Assembly: GCA_963704905.1 (NCBI GenBank)
Contig: CAVPHZ010000001.1
Coordinates: 515,438-579,437, forward strand
From: Candidatus Chisholmbacteria bacterium
Lineage (GTDB): Bacteria > Patescibacteriota > Microgenomatia > UBA1400 > Chisholmbacteraceae
Length of the DNA: 64,000 nucleotides
Direction: 5' to 3'
A program made the translations under genes and the position numbers. Below, piece after piece: positions 9,761 to 19,119 of the stretch; within the stretch, counting starts at the first letter, position 1; each line of letters begins with the position of its first letter. The notes beneath the pieces are model-generated. The model saw nothing but the letters and a program-made list of their open reading frames with translations, was not told the DNA's origin and ran no database searches.

Positions 9761-10738
9761 ATGGAATTTTTTAAGGGTAATTATGTTGATCTGATCATCT
9801 TAGCTCTTCTTTCGATTTGGGTGTTTGATGGATGGGAGCGGGGGTTTTTTCTTTTACTGGCCGACCTTGTGGCATTTATCGGTTCGTTTTTGTTTGGTTT
9901 GGCGTTTTACTCCCGGGCTGCTTACTTATTTACAATCTACTTTTCCTTATCCCGGGGTTTTGCAAATGCGCTTGGATTTTTCTTCGTATATGGTATGGCT
10001 CATGCACTCATTGCAACTCTTTTAGTGAGCGCATTGCGAAAGGTACCAATCGATTATCTGCCAAAGTTATGGCACAAAGCACTAGGCATCTTTCCGGCTC
10101 TTATCAATGGTTCAATTTTGGTTGCTGCAGTTTTAACTTTATCGGTTAGTTTGCCGATTTATGGAGGAGTGAAGAAGGCGATAGCGGATAGTGAAATTGG
10201 AGGTTTTTTTGTTAGTAGAACCAGTGCATTGGAACAAACGATTAACCGTGTATTCGGAGAGGCGATACAGGAAAGTTTGGCTTTTCTTACCGTGGAGCCA
10301 GAGGGTACTGAGCGCATAGATCTCGGATTTGAGGTTGAGGAACCTGAGCTCGTAGTTTCTGAGCGACTTGAGAAGGCAATGTTTGCTCTGGTGAATCATG
10401 AGCGGGGCGTGAATGGTGTGGCTGAGCTTGTTTGGGATCCCTCGATCGTTCCGGTAGCGCGGGCGCATGCCGAAGATATGTTCGTTCATGGGTATTTCTC
10501 TCATGTGAGTCCTAACGGAGATGATGTTGGAGATCGATTGATGGAGGGTGGTGTTGACTATTTACTCGCTGGCGAGAATCTTGCATTCGCCCCGAGTTTA
10601 GAAATTGCGCATGATGGGTTGATGCAAAGTCCTGGACACCGGAAGAATATTTTAGAACCGGAATTTGGTCGAGTTGGAATCGGAGTAATAGATGGCGGAT
10701 CATATGGGAGAATGTTTGTGCAGGTATTTGCTAATTAA
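9761..10738 (+). CDS. CvpA (colicin V production) membrane domain fused to a CAP/SCP domain
   Basis: N-terminal DLIIL...GWERGF with 4-5 TMs; C-terminal VNHER, ARAHAEDM, YFSH, GENLA, SPGHRKNIL. Confidence 0.88.
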   Translation: MEFFKGNYVDLIILALLSIWVFDGWERGFFLLLADLVAFIGSFLFGLAFYSRAAYLFTIYFSLSRGFANALGFFFVYGMAHALIATLLVSALRKVPIDYLPKLWHKALGIFPALINGSILVAAVLTLSVSLPIYGGVKKAIADSEIGGFFVSRTSALEQTINRVFGEAIQESLAFLTVEPEGTERIDLGFEVEEPELVVSERLEKAMFALVNHERGVNGVAELVWDPSIVPVARAHAEDMFVHGYFSHVSPNGDDVGDRLMEGGVDYLLAGENLAFAPSLEIAHDGLMQSPGHRKNILEPEFGRVGIGVIDGGSYGRMFVQVFAN

Positions 10739-10747
10739 TTGCTACCT

Positions 10748-11047
10748 ATGAGTTTTTTTGATGATGTTTATCAGATTGTAGTGAAAATTCCCAAAGGGAA
10801 AGTGACGACCTATGGGGAAATAGCGCGGGTGTTGGGAACGAAGGATGCCAGGAAAGTTGGATGGGCAATGCATGGGAATAAAAATCCGAAGGTTCCCTGT
10901 CATCGAGTAGTTTCAAAAGCTGGGCGGTTGGCTCCCAACTTTGCTTTTAATGGGGCAGAGGAGCAACGGCGCCGATTAGAAGCAGAAGGAATATCATTTG
11001 TGGATACTATGCACGTAGACATGAAGCGTCATATTCATTCCTTTTAA
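10748..11047 (+). CDS. MGMT/ATL family alkylated-DNA binding or repair protein
   Basis: IPKGKVTTYGEIA, ARKVG, PCHRVV active-site motif. Confidence 0.88.
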   Translation: MSFFDDVYQIVVKIPKGKVTTYGEIARVLGTKDARKVGWAMHGNKNPKVPCHRVVSKAGRLAPNFAFNGAEEQRRRLEAEGISFVDTMHVDMKRHIHSF

Positions 11048-11089
11048 AGGTTTCTTGTTGCAACTTCAACAATTTGCTAGAGTAGAGAT

Positions 11090-11650
11090 ATGCGACAGCT
11101 TGTGCGAAAGCATCTTCTCGTACTAATTGTTTATCTTGGTGTTGTGACAATACTTCGTGCTGAACTTCCTCGAACGATTAGTATGTTTTTTGATCTGGTC
11201 GGTTTTTGGGTTGGAGGTGTAATCGGGATGGCTCTACTTGATCTTGATAGGCTTATTCATGTTTATATTGAACGCCCAGATGAACAGCTGAGTCAGCAGA
11301 TGAGAATGCACTTATCAAAGCAACAGTGGAAGAATGCACTCGAAACTATTCTGATTCGCCGACGCGAGCAGTATCACCTTGCATTTCGAAATGGTATATT
11401 TGCGGCTGTTTTTATGGTTGTCGTCTTTTTTGCCTTTTCCAGTTCAGCTGGTCTTTTTGGCAAAGGTCTTACAGCAGGTGTGATGGTGCACTTTCTCTAC
11501 GACGCATGGCGGGATTACCTTCGCGATAAAGAGCGATTCAAGTCTTGGTTTTTGTGGATGGTACAACGTGAGATCCCTCTTCGAGAGCAAAAGCTCGCTT
11601 TGTACGGCTTAACTGGGATTTTTGGGTTTTTGAGTTTGCTTCTTCTTTAA
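11090..11650 (+). CDS. Hypothetical membrane protein
   Basis: Several hydrophobic helices; DLDRL and HFLYD are loosely like metal-dependent hydrolase membrane families. Confidence 0.65.
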   Translation: MRQLVRKHLLVLIVYLGVVTILRAELPRTISMFFDLVGFWVGGVIGMALLDLDRLIHVYIERPDEQLSQQMRMHLSKQQWKNALETILIRRREQYHLAFRNGIFAAVFMVVVFFAFSSSAGLFGKGLTAGVMVHFLYDAWRDYLRDKERFKSWFLWMVQREIPLREQKLALYGLTGIFGFLSLLLL

Positions 11651-11709
11651 GTCGTCTGGAACAACTTGGTTCGGTCTCAAATTTTCTTGAACAGGGTAGA
11701 ATACAGACT

Positions 11710-12495
11710 ATGATTCAACTAGGTCCACTTACACTTCGTTTATATGGATTGATTCTGGGTATTGCCGCCGGAGTTGGGTTTTGGGTTGCAGATAAGATGA
11801 GAGTCCGATTAGCTGTTTTTCAATCAACGCTTAATAATCTTGATATCTGGGGTGGGATGTGGTGGGTGGTCTTATCATCACTTATTGGAGCTCGGATTTA
11901 TCATGTGATTGGTGTTTGGGAGTATTACTCTTCCAACCCTTTTCAAATCATCGCTGTGTGGAATGGTGGACTTGGGATCTTTGGGGCGATTTTTGGAGGA
12001 TTGGCTGGGGCATGGCTGTATTCACGTCGATATGGTATTCCTCTTTTGGATATTGCTGATCTTGGTGCTTTTGGCTTGCCAATCGGGCAGGCAATAGGGA
12101 GATGGGGAAACTTTATAAACCATGAATTGTATGGCAAACCTACACATTTTCCATGGGGGATTGCTATACCACAAAACTATCGATTGCCTCAAGTTGTGAT
12201 GTTTGAAAGATTTCATCCATTGTTTTTATATGAGTCACTCTACAACTTATTTGTTTTTGGAGTATTGTATTTTGTTCTTCATAAAGTTGGAATAAGAATG
12301 AAGTCGGGAATGTATTTCGCAATTTATATTACTTTGTATGGATTTGGACGGTTCTGGCTTGAGTTTTTACGGGTTGATTCTTGGAGTCTGATTGGATTGA
12401 ATATTGCTCAAGTTGTAAGTTTATTACTGATAACCATGGGATTGAGATTTGTATTTGATGCCCATATTGCAACTAAGCATGGAGGAACACGATGA
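11710..12495 (+). CDS. lgt: Prolipoprotein diacylglyceryl transferase
   Basis: GARIYHV, WNGGLGIFG, GQAIGRWGNFINHELYG, HPLFLYES, RFWLEFLR. Confidence 0.95.
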   Translation: MIQLGPLTLRLYGLILGIAAGVGFWVADKMRVRLAVFQSTLNNLDIWGGMWWVVLSSLIGARIYHVIGVWEYYSSNPFQIIAVWNGGLGIFGAIFGGLAGAWLYSRRYGIPLLDIADLGAFGLPIGQAIGRWGNFINHELYGKPTHFPWGIAIPQNYRLPQVVMFERFHPLFLYESLYNLFVFGVLYFVLHKVGIRMKSGMYFAIYITLYGFGRFWLEFLRVDSWSLIGLNIAQVVSLLLITMGLRFVFDAHIATKHGGTR

Positions 12496-12968
12496 GTCGT
12501 ATACGAAATACTGCAGTATTTCTTTCTCTGCTTCTTATTGTTGCCTATATTGGTCGGGTGTCTGTACGCAAACCGCAGCAAATTGAGGATTTTCAAGACG
12601 CAAGACTCACAGTACGCGAAACAACAATTGGTGTAGAAATTGCAGATTATCAAGAGGCCTGGGATCAGGGTTTATCGGGGAGAGAATCACTGGATGATCT
12701 CAGTGGAATGTTGTTTATTTATCCTGAGCGGAGAAGATTATCGTTTTGGATGAAGGAAATGCGCTTCCCGCTTGATATTGTGTTTATTCGGGATGGACGG
12801 GTGACGGAAGTATATGAGCATGTTCCTGCACCACAGGCTGGGCAGGATGGCAGAGCAATTCAAGCTCATTCCTCAGGAACTGTTGATATGGTTTTGGAAG
12901 TGAATGCAGGTTGGGCGGAGAAGTACAATGTTCAGGTTGGAGATCCAATAAAGATTGATATCAATTAA
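12492..12968 (+). CDS. DUF192 family protein
   Basis: GLSGR, GMLF, FWMKEMRFPLDIVF, VLEVNAG; N-terminal TM. Confidence 0.88.
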   Translation: MSRIRNTAVFLSLLLIVAYIGRVSVRKPQQIEDFQDARLTVRETTIGVEIADYQEAWDQGLSGRESLDDLSGMLFIYPERRRLSFWMKEMRFPLDIVFIRDGRVTEVYEHVPAPQAGQDGRAIQAHSSGTVDMVLEVNAGWAEKYNVQVGDPIKIDIN

Positions 12969-13699
12969 TTTTTGTTGAGAAATAGTAAGGTGGAGAGAAT
13001 TTGGTTTACTTGGTCTTCGCTCGCACCCAAACTATAGATGAGGAATATCTTATTTCCTTTTGTTTTGCTGTACAGGACATATCCTGTAGGAGGAATACTT
13101 ATCGAGTTTGCCACATGCTTGGTCCACTCATTGACGCCTACATCAACTTTTTGAGTTGACATGTTTGCATCACATAAGAACCCTTGAGGTTCTGGGTTCG
13201 ACTCGCTTTTTGATTCACAGATTTGTGTAATACTTAGATTAGAAGGATTCCCTTTTATAATAATAGAAATTCCAGACTCTGCAGGTATCTGATCAGTTGT
13301 TTCTCGAAAGTTTACCTCATCAGCTTCTTGAATATTTTGGGTGGGATAAATATTCCCAATTTTCCAACTTGTAGGGTATTTTAATGAATACTTATGTTTC
13401 TTGTTTGTAAATGTTTTCCAGTTTGAAGGGTCAGTGCTGAGAGTGTTTGATTGTGGTTTTTCATAGGGTGTTGGGGTAGAAGGTGTGGGTAAAATTTCTT
13501 CAAATTTTGCTGTTTTTGTCTGTATGTTGGCGAGGAGAAGAAAGCCGAATAAACCACTCAGTGTAAAAATGATAAATGTTGTTGTCACAAGGTGTCTGAA
13601 TTTTGATGACTTTGAAGTATTTTTTCGTGCTTTTTCAATGAGCTCGTCGAGGTGGGTGGGGTGCGCTAGGTGTGATGCTGATTCTTTTTTTACTTCCAT
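12965..13699 (-). CDS. Membrane-anchored protein with a PsbP-like extracellular domain
   Basis: TM, Pro/Thr linker, WKTFTNKKHKYSLKYPTSW ... NQILSTL. Confidence 0.7.
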   Translation of the reverse strand: MEVKKESASHLAHPTHLDELIEKARKNTSKSSKFRHLVTTTFIIFTLSGLFGFLLLANIQTKTAKFEEILPTPSTPTPYEKPQSNTLSTDPSNWKTFTNKKHKYSLKYPTSWKIGNIYPTQNIQEADEVNFRETTDQIPAESGISIIIKGNPSNLSITQICESKSESNPEPQGFLCDANMSTQKVDVGVNEWTKHVANSISIPPTGYVLYSKTKGNKIFLIYSLGASEDQVNQILSTLLFLNKN

Positions 13700-13700
13700 T

Positions 13701-14399
13701 CTAACGATTGATGGTTATTTCTTGAGAATTTTCACCGATTGCTTTGAGTGTGAAGCCGCCAGTTTCATTCACATAGAAATAGTAGCCGGTGAATTCTTCT
13801 GTACCGCCCTTTGGATCCTTTGGAAATTCTGCAATGAAGTCTGGACTTAAGAGGCTGACGAGATCATAGCAATCTGGAGCAGTACCAATGCAGGTGTCTT
13901 TCGAAGGGAAGTCTTCAGGTGGACCAACTTCGGCTGTATAAATATTGAGAGCGGTTGATATCTGCATGAGATCAGCTTGCCTTCTGGTGTCGGATGCTTT
14001 GTTTAAGGCTTGGGTAAAATCCAGCGGACCAATAGGTTGATTATTTGGAGAGGTGATACCAGGAGACTGAGGTTGAGGAGAACTTGTTTCTGGATCTGAT
14101 GATGGGCTCGGTTGAGGTTTTAGAAATGAGAATGGAGAAAGAATGGTTGGGGTTTGCGTACCGTTCTGGTTGGGTGAGTTGTTTTTGTTTTGCATCATAA
14201 AGAAACTAGCGGTGAGGAGGTTGGTGAGGATGACAATAACAATAGTAACTCCAGCCCAGATTTTGAATTGGGAGAAGGAAGAATCTTGGACTGTGAATTT
14301 TAGTTCTTGTTTTTCTGGACGAAGCTTCCAGCGGGGAATAGACGACTTTTGAGTTGCAAGATCTTCTGTTTTAGGATTATTTATTTGTTCATCATTCAT
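13701..14399 (-). CDS. Membrane-anchored protein with a pilin/GspG-like C-terminal domain
   Basis: KASDTRRQADLMQISTALNIY, C-x6-C, PKDP, YYFY, FTLKA; no class III prepilin motif. Confidence 0.6.
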   Translation of the reverse strand: MNDEQINNPKTEDLATQKSSIPRWKLRPEKQELKFTVQDSSFSQFKIWAGVTIVIVILTNLLTASFFMMQNKNNSPNQNGTQTPTILSPFSFLKPQPSPSSDPETSSPQPQSPGITSPNNQPIGPLDFTQALNKASDTRRQADLMQISTALNIYTAEVGPPEDFPSKDTCIGTAPDCYDLVSLLSPDFIAEFPKDPKGGTEEFTGYYFYVNETGGFTLKAIGENSQEITINR

Positions 14400-14401
14400 A
14401 T

Positions 14402-15583
14402 TTATTCTGTGAATTCAAACGTGGAGAGGATTTGGTTAATATCTATAGCACGGGAGCTGATGGTGTAGGCGTATGGTTTTTTGTAGATGATGGCGAAAGT
14501 TGTTGAGCGTTGCGGTTCTTCCATTTGTGTTTCGTATGTGAGTAACACAGCAGGTTGGCCATCGATGGTTGACTCTCTTTCTTCAATAAGTTTGACGACT
14601 GAGTGGCTTGCTTGCCATTTATCGAACTCTACTGCTTTTTCAAGACTTTCTTCTCGAACAATAAGTGAAAACCAGACTGTTTCTGAAAATGGTGTACCAA
14701 ATGTGACATTATTTAGATAAATATCATTGTCGGTGTGTTCTTTTGGCGGTGATTCATTTGGGTGTTTTACTTCATACCCATACTCATTATTTATATATGT
14801 TTTCCAGTTTGAGGTGTTGTTAATAAACTTGAAGGTAGAGAGGATTTGGTGCAGCAGTTGATCGGGGCTTAATTGACTAGGCTTTTGCTCGTCGAAGACG
14901 CTTAACTGAAAGTCAGCGATGTAGTTGTCAAAAGCAAGGTAGTACATGCTTGAGTCTGGGTTTGTGGGCCATTTTACTACCTCGAAATCGTTAATGACTG
15001 ACTCTTGCATGGAATTTTGATAAAAGTAAGAAACATCTTCATTTTTTAGATATTCGATGATAGTTATACGGTTGGGGTTTTGGATGATGTTTATAAATAA
15101 TTGGATTTCTGAATTAGTTTTCGCCGGATTCAGCTTTGCTATTAAGATTGTGGAAGCTACTTCCTTTTTTGGTGTAGGTGTAAGTGGCGGGAAATCTTGA
15201 GAGCCATCGATGCTTGTTATTTCCCAGTTCCTAGGATATTTAATTTCAAAACCGTATTTTTCATTTGTATATATCAACCAGTTTGTTGTTGAGTAGTGAC
15301 TGGGGGTTGGAATGCGGTCAATAACTGGTGGTAGAGCAGGCTGTTGTTCTGAGGTGAACCTTAGGAATATGAGGATTGTAATCGGGAGGAGAAGAAAAGG
15401 GAACCAGAGTTTTTTAAGAATCGTGGTGGAATTGATGAATACTTTTTTTTCAACTGATTCCTCTTTTTTTATAATCGAGTGATGAAAGTCTTTCCAGCTG
15501 GGACGACTTTTTTGCCATGGGGCTGGTTCTTTTATGGTATCCGGTTGGTTGAGGCTTGGCTGCTGATTTTGTTGATTGCTCAT
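14402..15583 (-). CDS. Membrane-anchored protein with two PsbP-like domains
   Basis: Two W-x-x-Y-x-N-x-x-YG(F/Y)E(I/V)K(Y/H)P ... QILSTF units after a TM. Confidence 0.7.
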   Translation of the reverse strand: MSNQQNQQPSLNQPDTIKEPAPWQKSRPSWKDFHHSIIKKEESVEKKVFINSTTILKKLWFPFLLLPITILIFLRFTSEQQPALPPVIDRIPTPSHYSTTNWLIYTNEKYGFEIKYPRNWEITSIDGSQDFPPLTPTPKKEVASTILIAKLNPAKTNSEIQLFINIIQNPNRITIIEYLKNEDVSYFYQNSMQESVINDFEVVKWPTNPDSSMYYLAFDNYIADFQLSVFDEQKPSQLSPDQLLHQILSTFKFINNTSNWKTYINNEYGYEVKHPNESPPKEHTDNDIYLNNVTFGTPFSETVWFSLIVREESLEKAVEFDKWQASHSVVKLIEERESTIDGQPAVLLTYETQMEEPQRSTTFAIIYKKPYAYTISSRAIDINQILSTFEFTE

Positions 15584-15653
15584 TTATTTATGACGTTATG
15601 ATCATTAAACTATTTTCTTGGCAAGTAGGCAACGAGAGTGTACAATCTCGAGC

Positions 15654-16397
15654 ATGGGTGACTGTACAGTTGTTGGGTGTTATCTCGAACAACATGGTGG
15701 GCTGATTAGCTTTCCTCTGGTGACTATCGCGGGTTTGGCTGATGGAATTAATCCTTGTGCGATTGGAATGATGGTGATGCTTTTGGGGTATTTGATTGTG
15801 TTTGCTAAAAAGCCACAGCGGGTTTTGCAGATAGGGATCACCTATGTTTTGTCAATATTTTTTACTTACCTGTTTATTGGTCTGGCGTTTTACTCGGTTG
15901 TGGTTCAGATTCAAGAGCTCATTTCGTATGGATTGGTGAATAAAATTGTCGGAAGTATTCTTGGAATTGCGGCTCTTATCATGCTCAAGGATGTTGTTTG
16001 GCCAGACTCTCCGATTCACTTACGAATTCCTGGAGCTAGCAAAGAGCGACTGATGAGTCTAATTGAGAGAGTGAGTTTATCAGGGACGATTCTCTTGGGT
16101 GTTGCGGTCACAATATTAGAAACTCCTTGTTCACTGCCTTTGTATGTTGGGACGGCGACACTTTTGGCAAACTCTGGGATGGCGTTTCCATTGGTGGTTG
16201 GATATTTCCTCTACTACAACCTATTGTTTGTTTTACCACTGTTGGTGGTGTTGTTTGTGGTGTGGAAAGGGAAGCAGATTGTTGAAATAAAGGAGTGGGA
16301 GCATAAAGCGGAAAAATGGATGAAGCTTTCTCTCGGATCGTTACTTCTGATTATGTCGGTTTGGTTGTTGTTTGGTGAGTATGTTTCTTTGATTTAG
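15654..16397 (+). CDS. CcdA/DsbD-like transmembrane thiol-disulfide transporter
   Basis: ADGINPCA and ETPCS conserved Cys pair in about 6 TMs; ATG 15654 follows TTGGCA-17-TACAAT. Confidence 0.75.
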   Translation: MGDCTVVGCYLEQHGGLISFPLVTIAGLADGINPCAIGMMVMLLGYLIVFAKKPQRVLQIGITYVLSIFFTYLFIGLAFYSVVVQIQELISYGLVNKIVGSILGIAALIMLKDVVWPDSPIHLRIPGASKERLMSLIERVSLSGTILLGVAVTILETPCSLPLYVGTATLLANSGMAFPLVVGYFLYYNLLFVLPLLVVLFVVWKGKQIVEIKEWEHKAEKWMKLSLGSLLLIMSVWLLFGEYVSLI

Positions 16398-16404
16398 CGC
16401 GCTT

Positions 16405-17016
16405 CTATCGATTTGGAATTGAGGCTTTACCCCAGAGAATGGGGGCTTTTTCATTTTTTAAGAATTCGTAGATCATGGCTGCTGCTTGGGTTCCTTGAGC
16501 TGCTGCATTCACCACTTGCTCTAGTGAGTCTGGAAATTTTAGACAGTTACCAGCGGTAAAGACTCCTAGTACATTCGTTTCGAGTGTGTTGCGTGAAGCA
16601 ATAAATCCATCGTTTGTTACATCAATGCCTAATGATTTTGCCAGACTGACACCAGAGTAATTTGTTCGCCTTTTTTCGTTGCCAGTTGCAAAGATTAGAG
16701 AAGCTGAGATGAAAGTGTTGTTTTGAGAGGTTTGGAGGGTGAATTTTGATGTTTGATTAGATGACTCTTTTTTAACTCCAGTTACTTTTTCATTGACGAG
16801 CTCTACTCCAGATTTTTTAACTTGTTCTAGTATCCCACTCAACCAATCTTTGCCACTGATTGATTCAACACCCGGATAATCGAAGATCATGGGTGCGAAG
16901 ATAATTTGACCGCCAATGACATCACCAATAATGAGGGTTTTAAGTTTGTAGAGGCCACAAAATAAGCCGGCCGAGAGGCCTGCTGGACCAGCTCCGATGA
17001 TGGCAATATCGTACAT
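16405..17016 (-). CDS. Short thioredoxin-reductase-like FAD-binding protein (NADPH domain absent)
   Basis: YDIAIIGAGPAG, GGQ, LIFATG, then directly TNVLGVFTAGN...AAAQG; start at ATG 17016. Confidence 0.75.
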   Translation of the reverse strand: MYDIAIIGAGPAGLSAGLFCGLYKLKTLIIGDVIGGQIIFAPMIFDYPGVESISGKDWLSGILEQVKKSGVELVNEKVTGVKKESSNQTSKFTLQTSQNNTFISASLIFATGNEKRRTNYSGVSLAKSLGIDVTNDGFIASRNTLETNVLGVFTAGNCLKFPDSLEQVVNAAAQGTQAAAMIYEFLKNEKAPILWGKASIPNR

Positions 17017-17044
17017 AACAAGGACTATTGTACGGAGGATAAAG

Positions 17045-17085
17045 CTGTTTGACAAACAGATTATTACTAATCTAATATATTAGAT
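17045..17085. promoter_or_regulatory. Divergent promoters with palindromic operator candidates
   Basis: CTGTTTGACAAACAG (17045-17059) gives TTGACA on + and TTGTCA on -; perfect 16-bp palindrome ATCTAATATATTAGAT (17070-17085). Confidence 0.6.
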
Positions 17086-17097
17086 AATTACACATCT

Positions 17098-17442
17098 ATG
17101 GCGCGTGTGAGTGTGAATAGGCCGCTTTCGGTTGATGATGAGCAAAGGCTTTTTGAGAAGCTGTTTTTAGCGCTGTCTTCTCTGGGAAACTGGCAAGAAG
17201 CCGAGGCTTTTTTGCTTGAGTTTTTGACCAAAGAAGAGTTAGCAATGTTTGCAAAGAGACTTGAGCTCTACAAACGTATATCACAAAAACAGAAGTACAA
17301 AAAGATTACTCGAGATTTGCATGTTACGAGTCAAACCATTAGTGAGGCGAAAAAGAAAATGAAGCGTACAAATGTCTACTTTTTACGGGTGTTGCGGAAG
17401 ATCCAGAGCTTGGATAAGCGTTTCTTCAAATTAGTTGATTGA
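17098..17442 (+). CDS. TrpR-like (YerC/YecD) HTH regulator
   Basis: FLLEFLTKEELAMFAKRL ... YKKITRDLHVTSQTIS pattern. Confidence 0.8.
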   Translation: MARVSVNRPLSVDDEQRLFEKLFLALSSLGNWQEAEAFLLEFLTKEELAMFAKRLELYKRISQKQKYKKITRDLHVTSQTISEAKKKMKRTNVYFLRVLRKIQSLDKRFFKLVD

Positions 17443-17473
17443 CATTGGTAGGAGGATTCTCAACAATACTAGT

Positions 17474-18316
17474 ATGAATGGATGTGGAAAACAGTGTTTG
17501 TGCGTTCAGCCTTCAAAGAGTCGTTGCTTGTCGTACAAAGGTTTACTTGGGGCCTTTGTGGTTGCGGTTTTTATATCGGGGTTGCTTTTGGCTTTAAATA
17601 GTAGTGTCTTTGCTGAAACAACAGACGGGAAAGAGCCTTTCGTCGAAGAGAAAGTAGCAACGGATTCGTACAACGCTGAAGAAGATACCATTACCTCTTT
17701 GCCGCCGCTTCCTAAAGTTGATTGTTACACAACACGAGAGGTTGCTCGTGAAGTGGGAGTTGGTCGTTGTTTGGTTATTTTTGATGGTGGTGTGTATAAC
17801 GTCACCGAAGGCAATAAATGGAGCCCTGAGGGACATGTTGGGCAACATGCTTGTGGTGGGGTGTATATCTCAGATACGATCGAGCAAGGTCCACATCTTG
17901 CTGAAGTCATGAAACAATTTTATGTCGCGCCTATTTGTGGTGAGGAGGAAACGGCGATGGAGGTCTCGCCTATTCGTGGTGAGCGAGAAATTGCGGATGG
18001 AGAGGTTGGGCAATCAGACTCTGAGGTTCTTCGTCGGTGGTCTAAAAGACCTTTTGGTCTCAATGGTTGGCGAGTGTTTTTTGCGTATCTTTCAGGGATT
18101 TTCTTTATCCTTAATTTTGCCACTTGTTATGCCATGCCCTGGGCGCGGCATGGTGCGCCATGGGCTGGAGAAAAACCCGGTGAGGATGATAAAGACCAGA
18201 TTGGACATTTTCCCTTAACCCACTGGCATCCATGGTTTGCATGGGGATCAGTGCTTTTTTTAGGACTTCATGGCATTCTGGGATTTCTCTGCTCCTGGGG
18301 TGTCGCATGCCTCTAG
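17474..18316 (+). CDS. Membrane protein with a cytochrome b5-like heme-binding domain
   Basis: YTTREVA, CLVIFDGGVYNVT, GHVG...GPHL (two candidate His ligands); C-terminal TMs with two His 14 residues apart. Confidence 0.6.
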   Translation: MNGCGKQCLCVQPSKSRCLSYKGLLGAFVVAVFISGLLLALNSSVFAETTDGKEPFVEEKVATDSYNAEEDTITSLPPLPKVDCYTTREVAREVGVGRCLVIFDGGVYNVTEGNKWSPEGHVGQHACGGVYISDTIEQGPHLAEVMKQFYVAPICGEEETAMEVSPIRGEREIADGEVGQSDSEVLRRWSKRPFGLNGWRVFFAYLSGIFFILNFATCYAMPWARHGAPWAGEKPGEDDKDQIGHFPLTHWHPWFAWGSVLFLGLHGILGFLCSWGVACL

Positions 18317-18332
18317 CTTTTATAAAGTTGAC

Positions 18333-18374
18333 TTGACTTTTTTTAGCCAACTTATTATACTAGGGGGGAGTATA
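18333..18374 (+). promoter_or_regulatory. Promoter overlapped by a CsoR/RcnR-type operator
   Basis: TTGACT-17-TATACT; operator TATAC-TAGGGGGGA-GTATA (18356-18374), an inverted repeat flanking a G-tract. Confidence 0.8.
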
Positions 18375-18412
18375 CAGAGAATTATTACTCTACTATCAGT
18401 TTCAATTTATTT

Positions 18413-18649
18413 ATGGATGACATAGAGAAGCGGCTAAAAAAAGTTGAAGGGCAGATCGTGGGAATCCAGAGGATGTATACAGAACGTCGGGAGTGTATGG
18501 AGATTGCCCAGCAGATAGCGGCTGCACGGGCTGCACTGGCAAGTATTGGTCGAGAGATTCTTGGTGGAGAGGCCATTCGGTGTTCTCGCTCACCGAAAAA
18601 ACAAAAACAGTTTGAGAAGATGCTTGAGCAGCTGTTTATAATGAGTTGA
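18413..18649 (+). CDS. CsoR/RcnR/CstR family repressor
   Basis: RLKKVEGQIVGIQRM ... C-x-x-I-x-x-Q-I-AA-R-AL ... C; cognate operator upstream. Confidence 0.88.
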   Translation: MDDIEKRLKKVEGQIVGIQRMYTERRECMEIAQQIAAARAALASIGREILGGEAIRCSRSPKKQKQFEKMLEQLFIMS

Positions 18650-18784
18650 TGTTATAAAAAGTTATGTGGATCCACCATATTTTTCGATGATTGGCTAACT
18701 GTTTATTCAGCCGTATCCGCTCTCGAAAAATATTGGCGGACTGCGAAAATAATATATTTCTAATTTTCTTGAAGGAGGTGACGT

Positions 18785-19114
18785 ATGGCAGGTGATGCAA
18801 CTTTAACAATCACAGATGATAATTTTGAAGAAGAAGTGATGAAGAGCGATACTCCTGTTATGGTTGATTTTTGGGCACCGTGGTGTGGTCCATGCAAGAT
18901 GGCTGGGCCAGTGATTGATGAATTGGCGGTAGAACACAAGGGAAAGATTAAGATTGGGAAGATTAACGTGGATGAGAATATTGAACAGCCAGGAAAGTTT
19001 GGTGTGATGAGCATTCCTACCGTTATTTTGTTTAATGATGGTAAGGAAGTTGATCGAAAGATTGGATTCGGTGGGAAGCAAGGGTATGAGGAACTTCTAA
19101 AGAAGGTGTCATGA
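18785..19114 (+). CDS. trxA: Thioredoxin
   Basis: DFWAPWCGPCK, SIPT; strong SD GAAGGAGGTG. Confidence 0.96.
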   Translation: MAGDATLTITDDNFEEEVMKSDTPVMVDFWAPWCGPCKMAGPVIDELAVEHKGKIKIGKINVDENIEQPGKFGVMSIPTVILFNDGKEVDRKIGFGGKQGYEELLKKVS

Positions 19115-19119
19115 TACTT

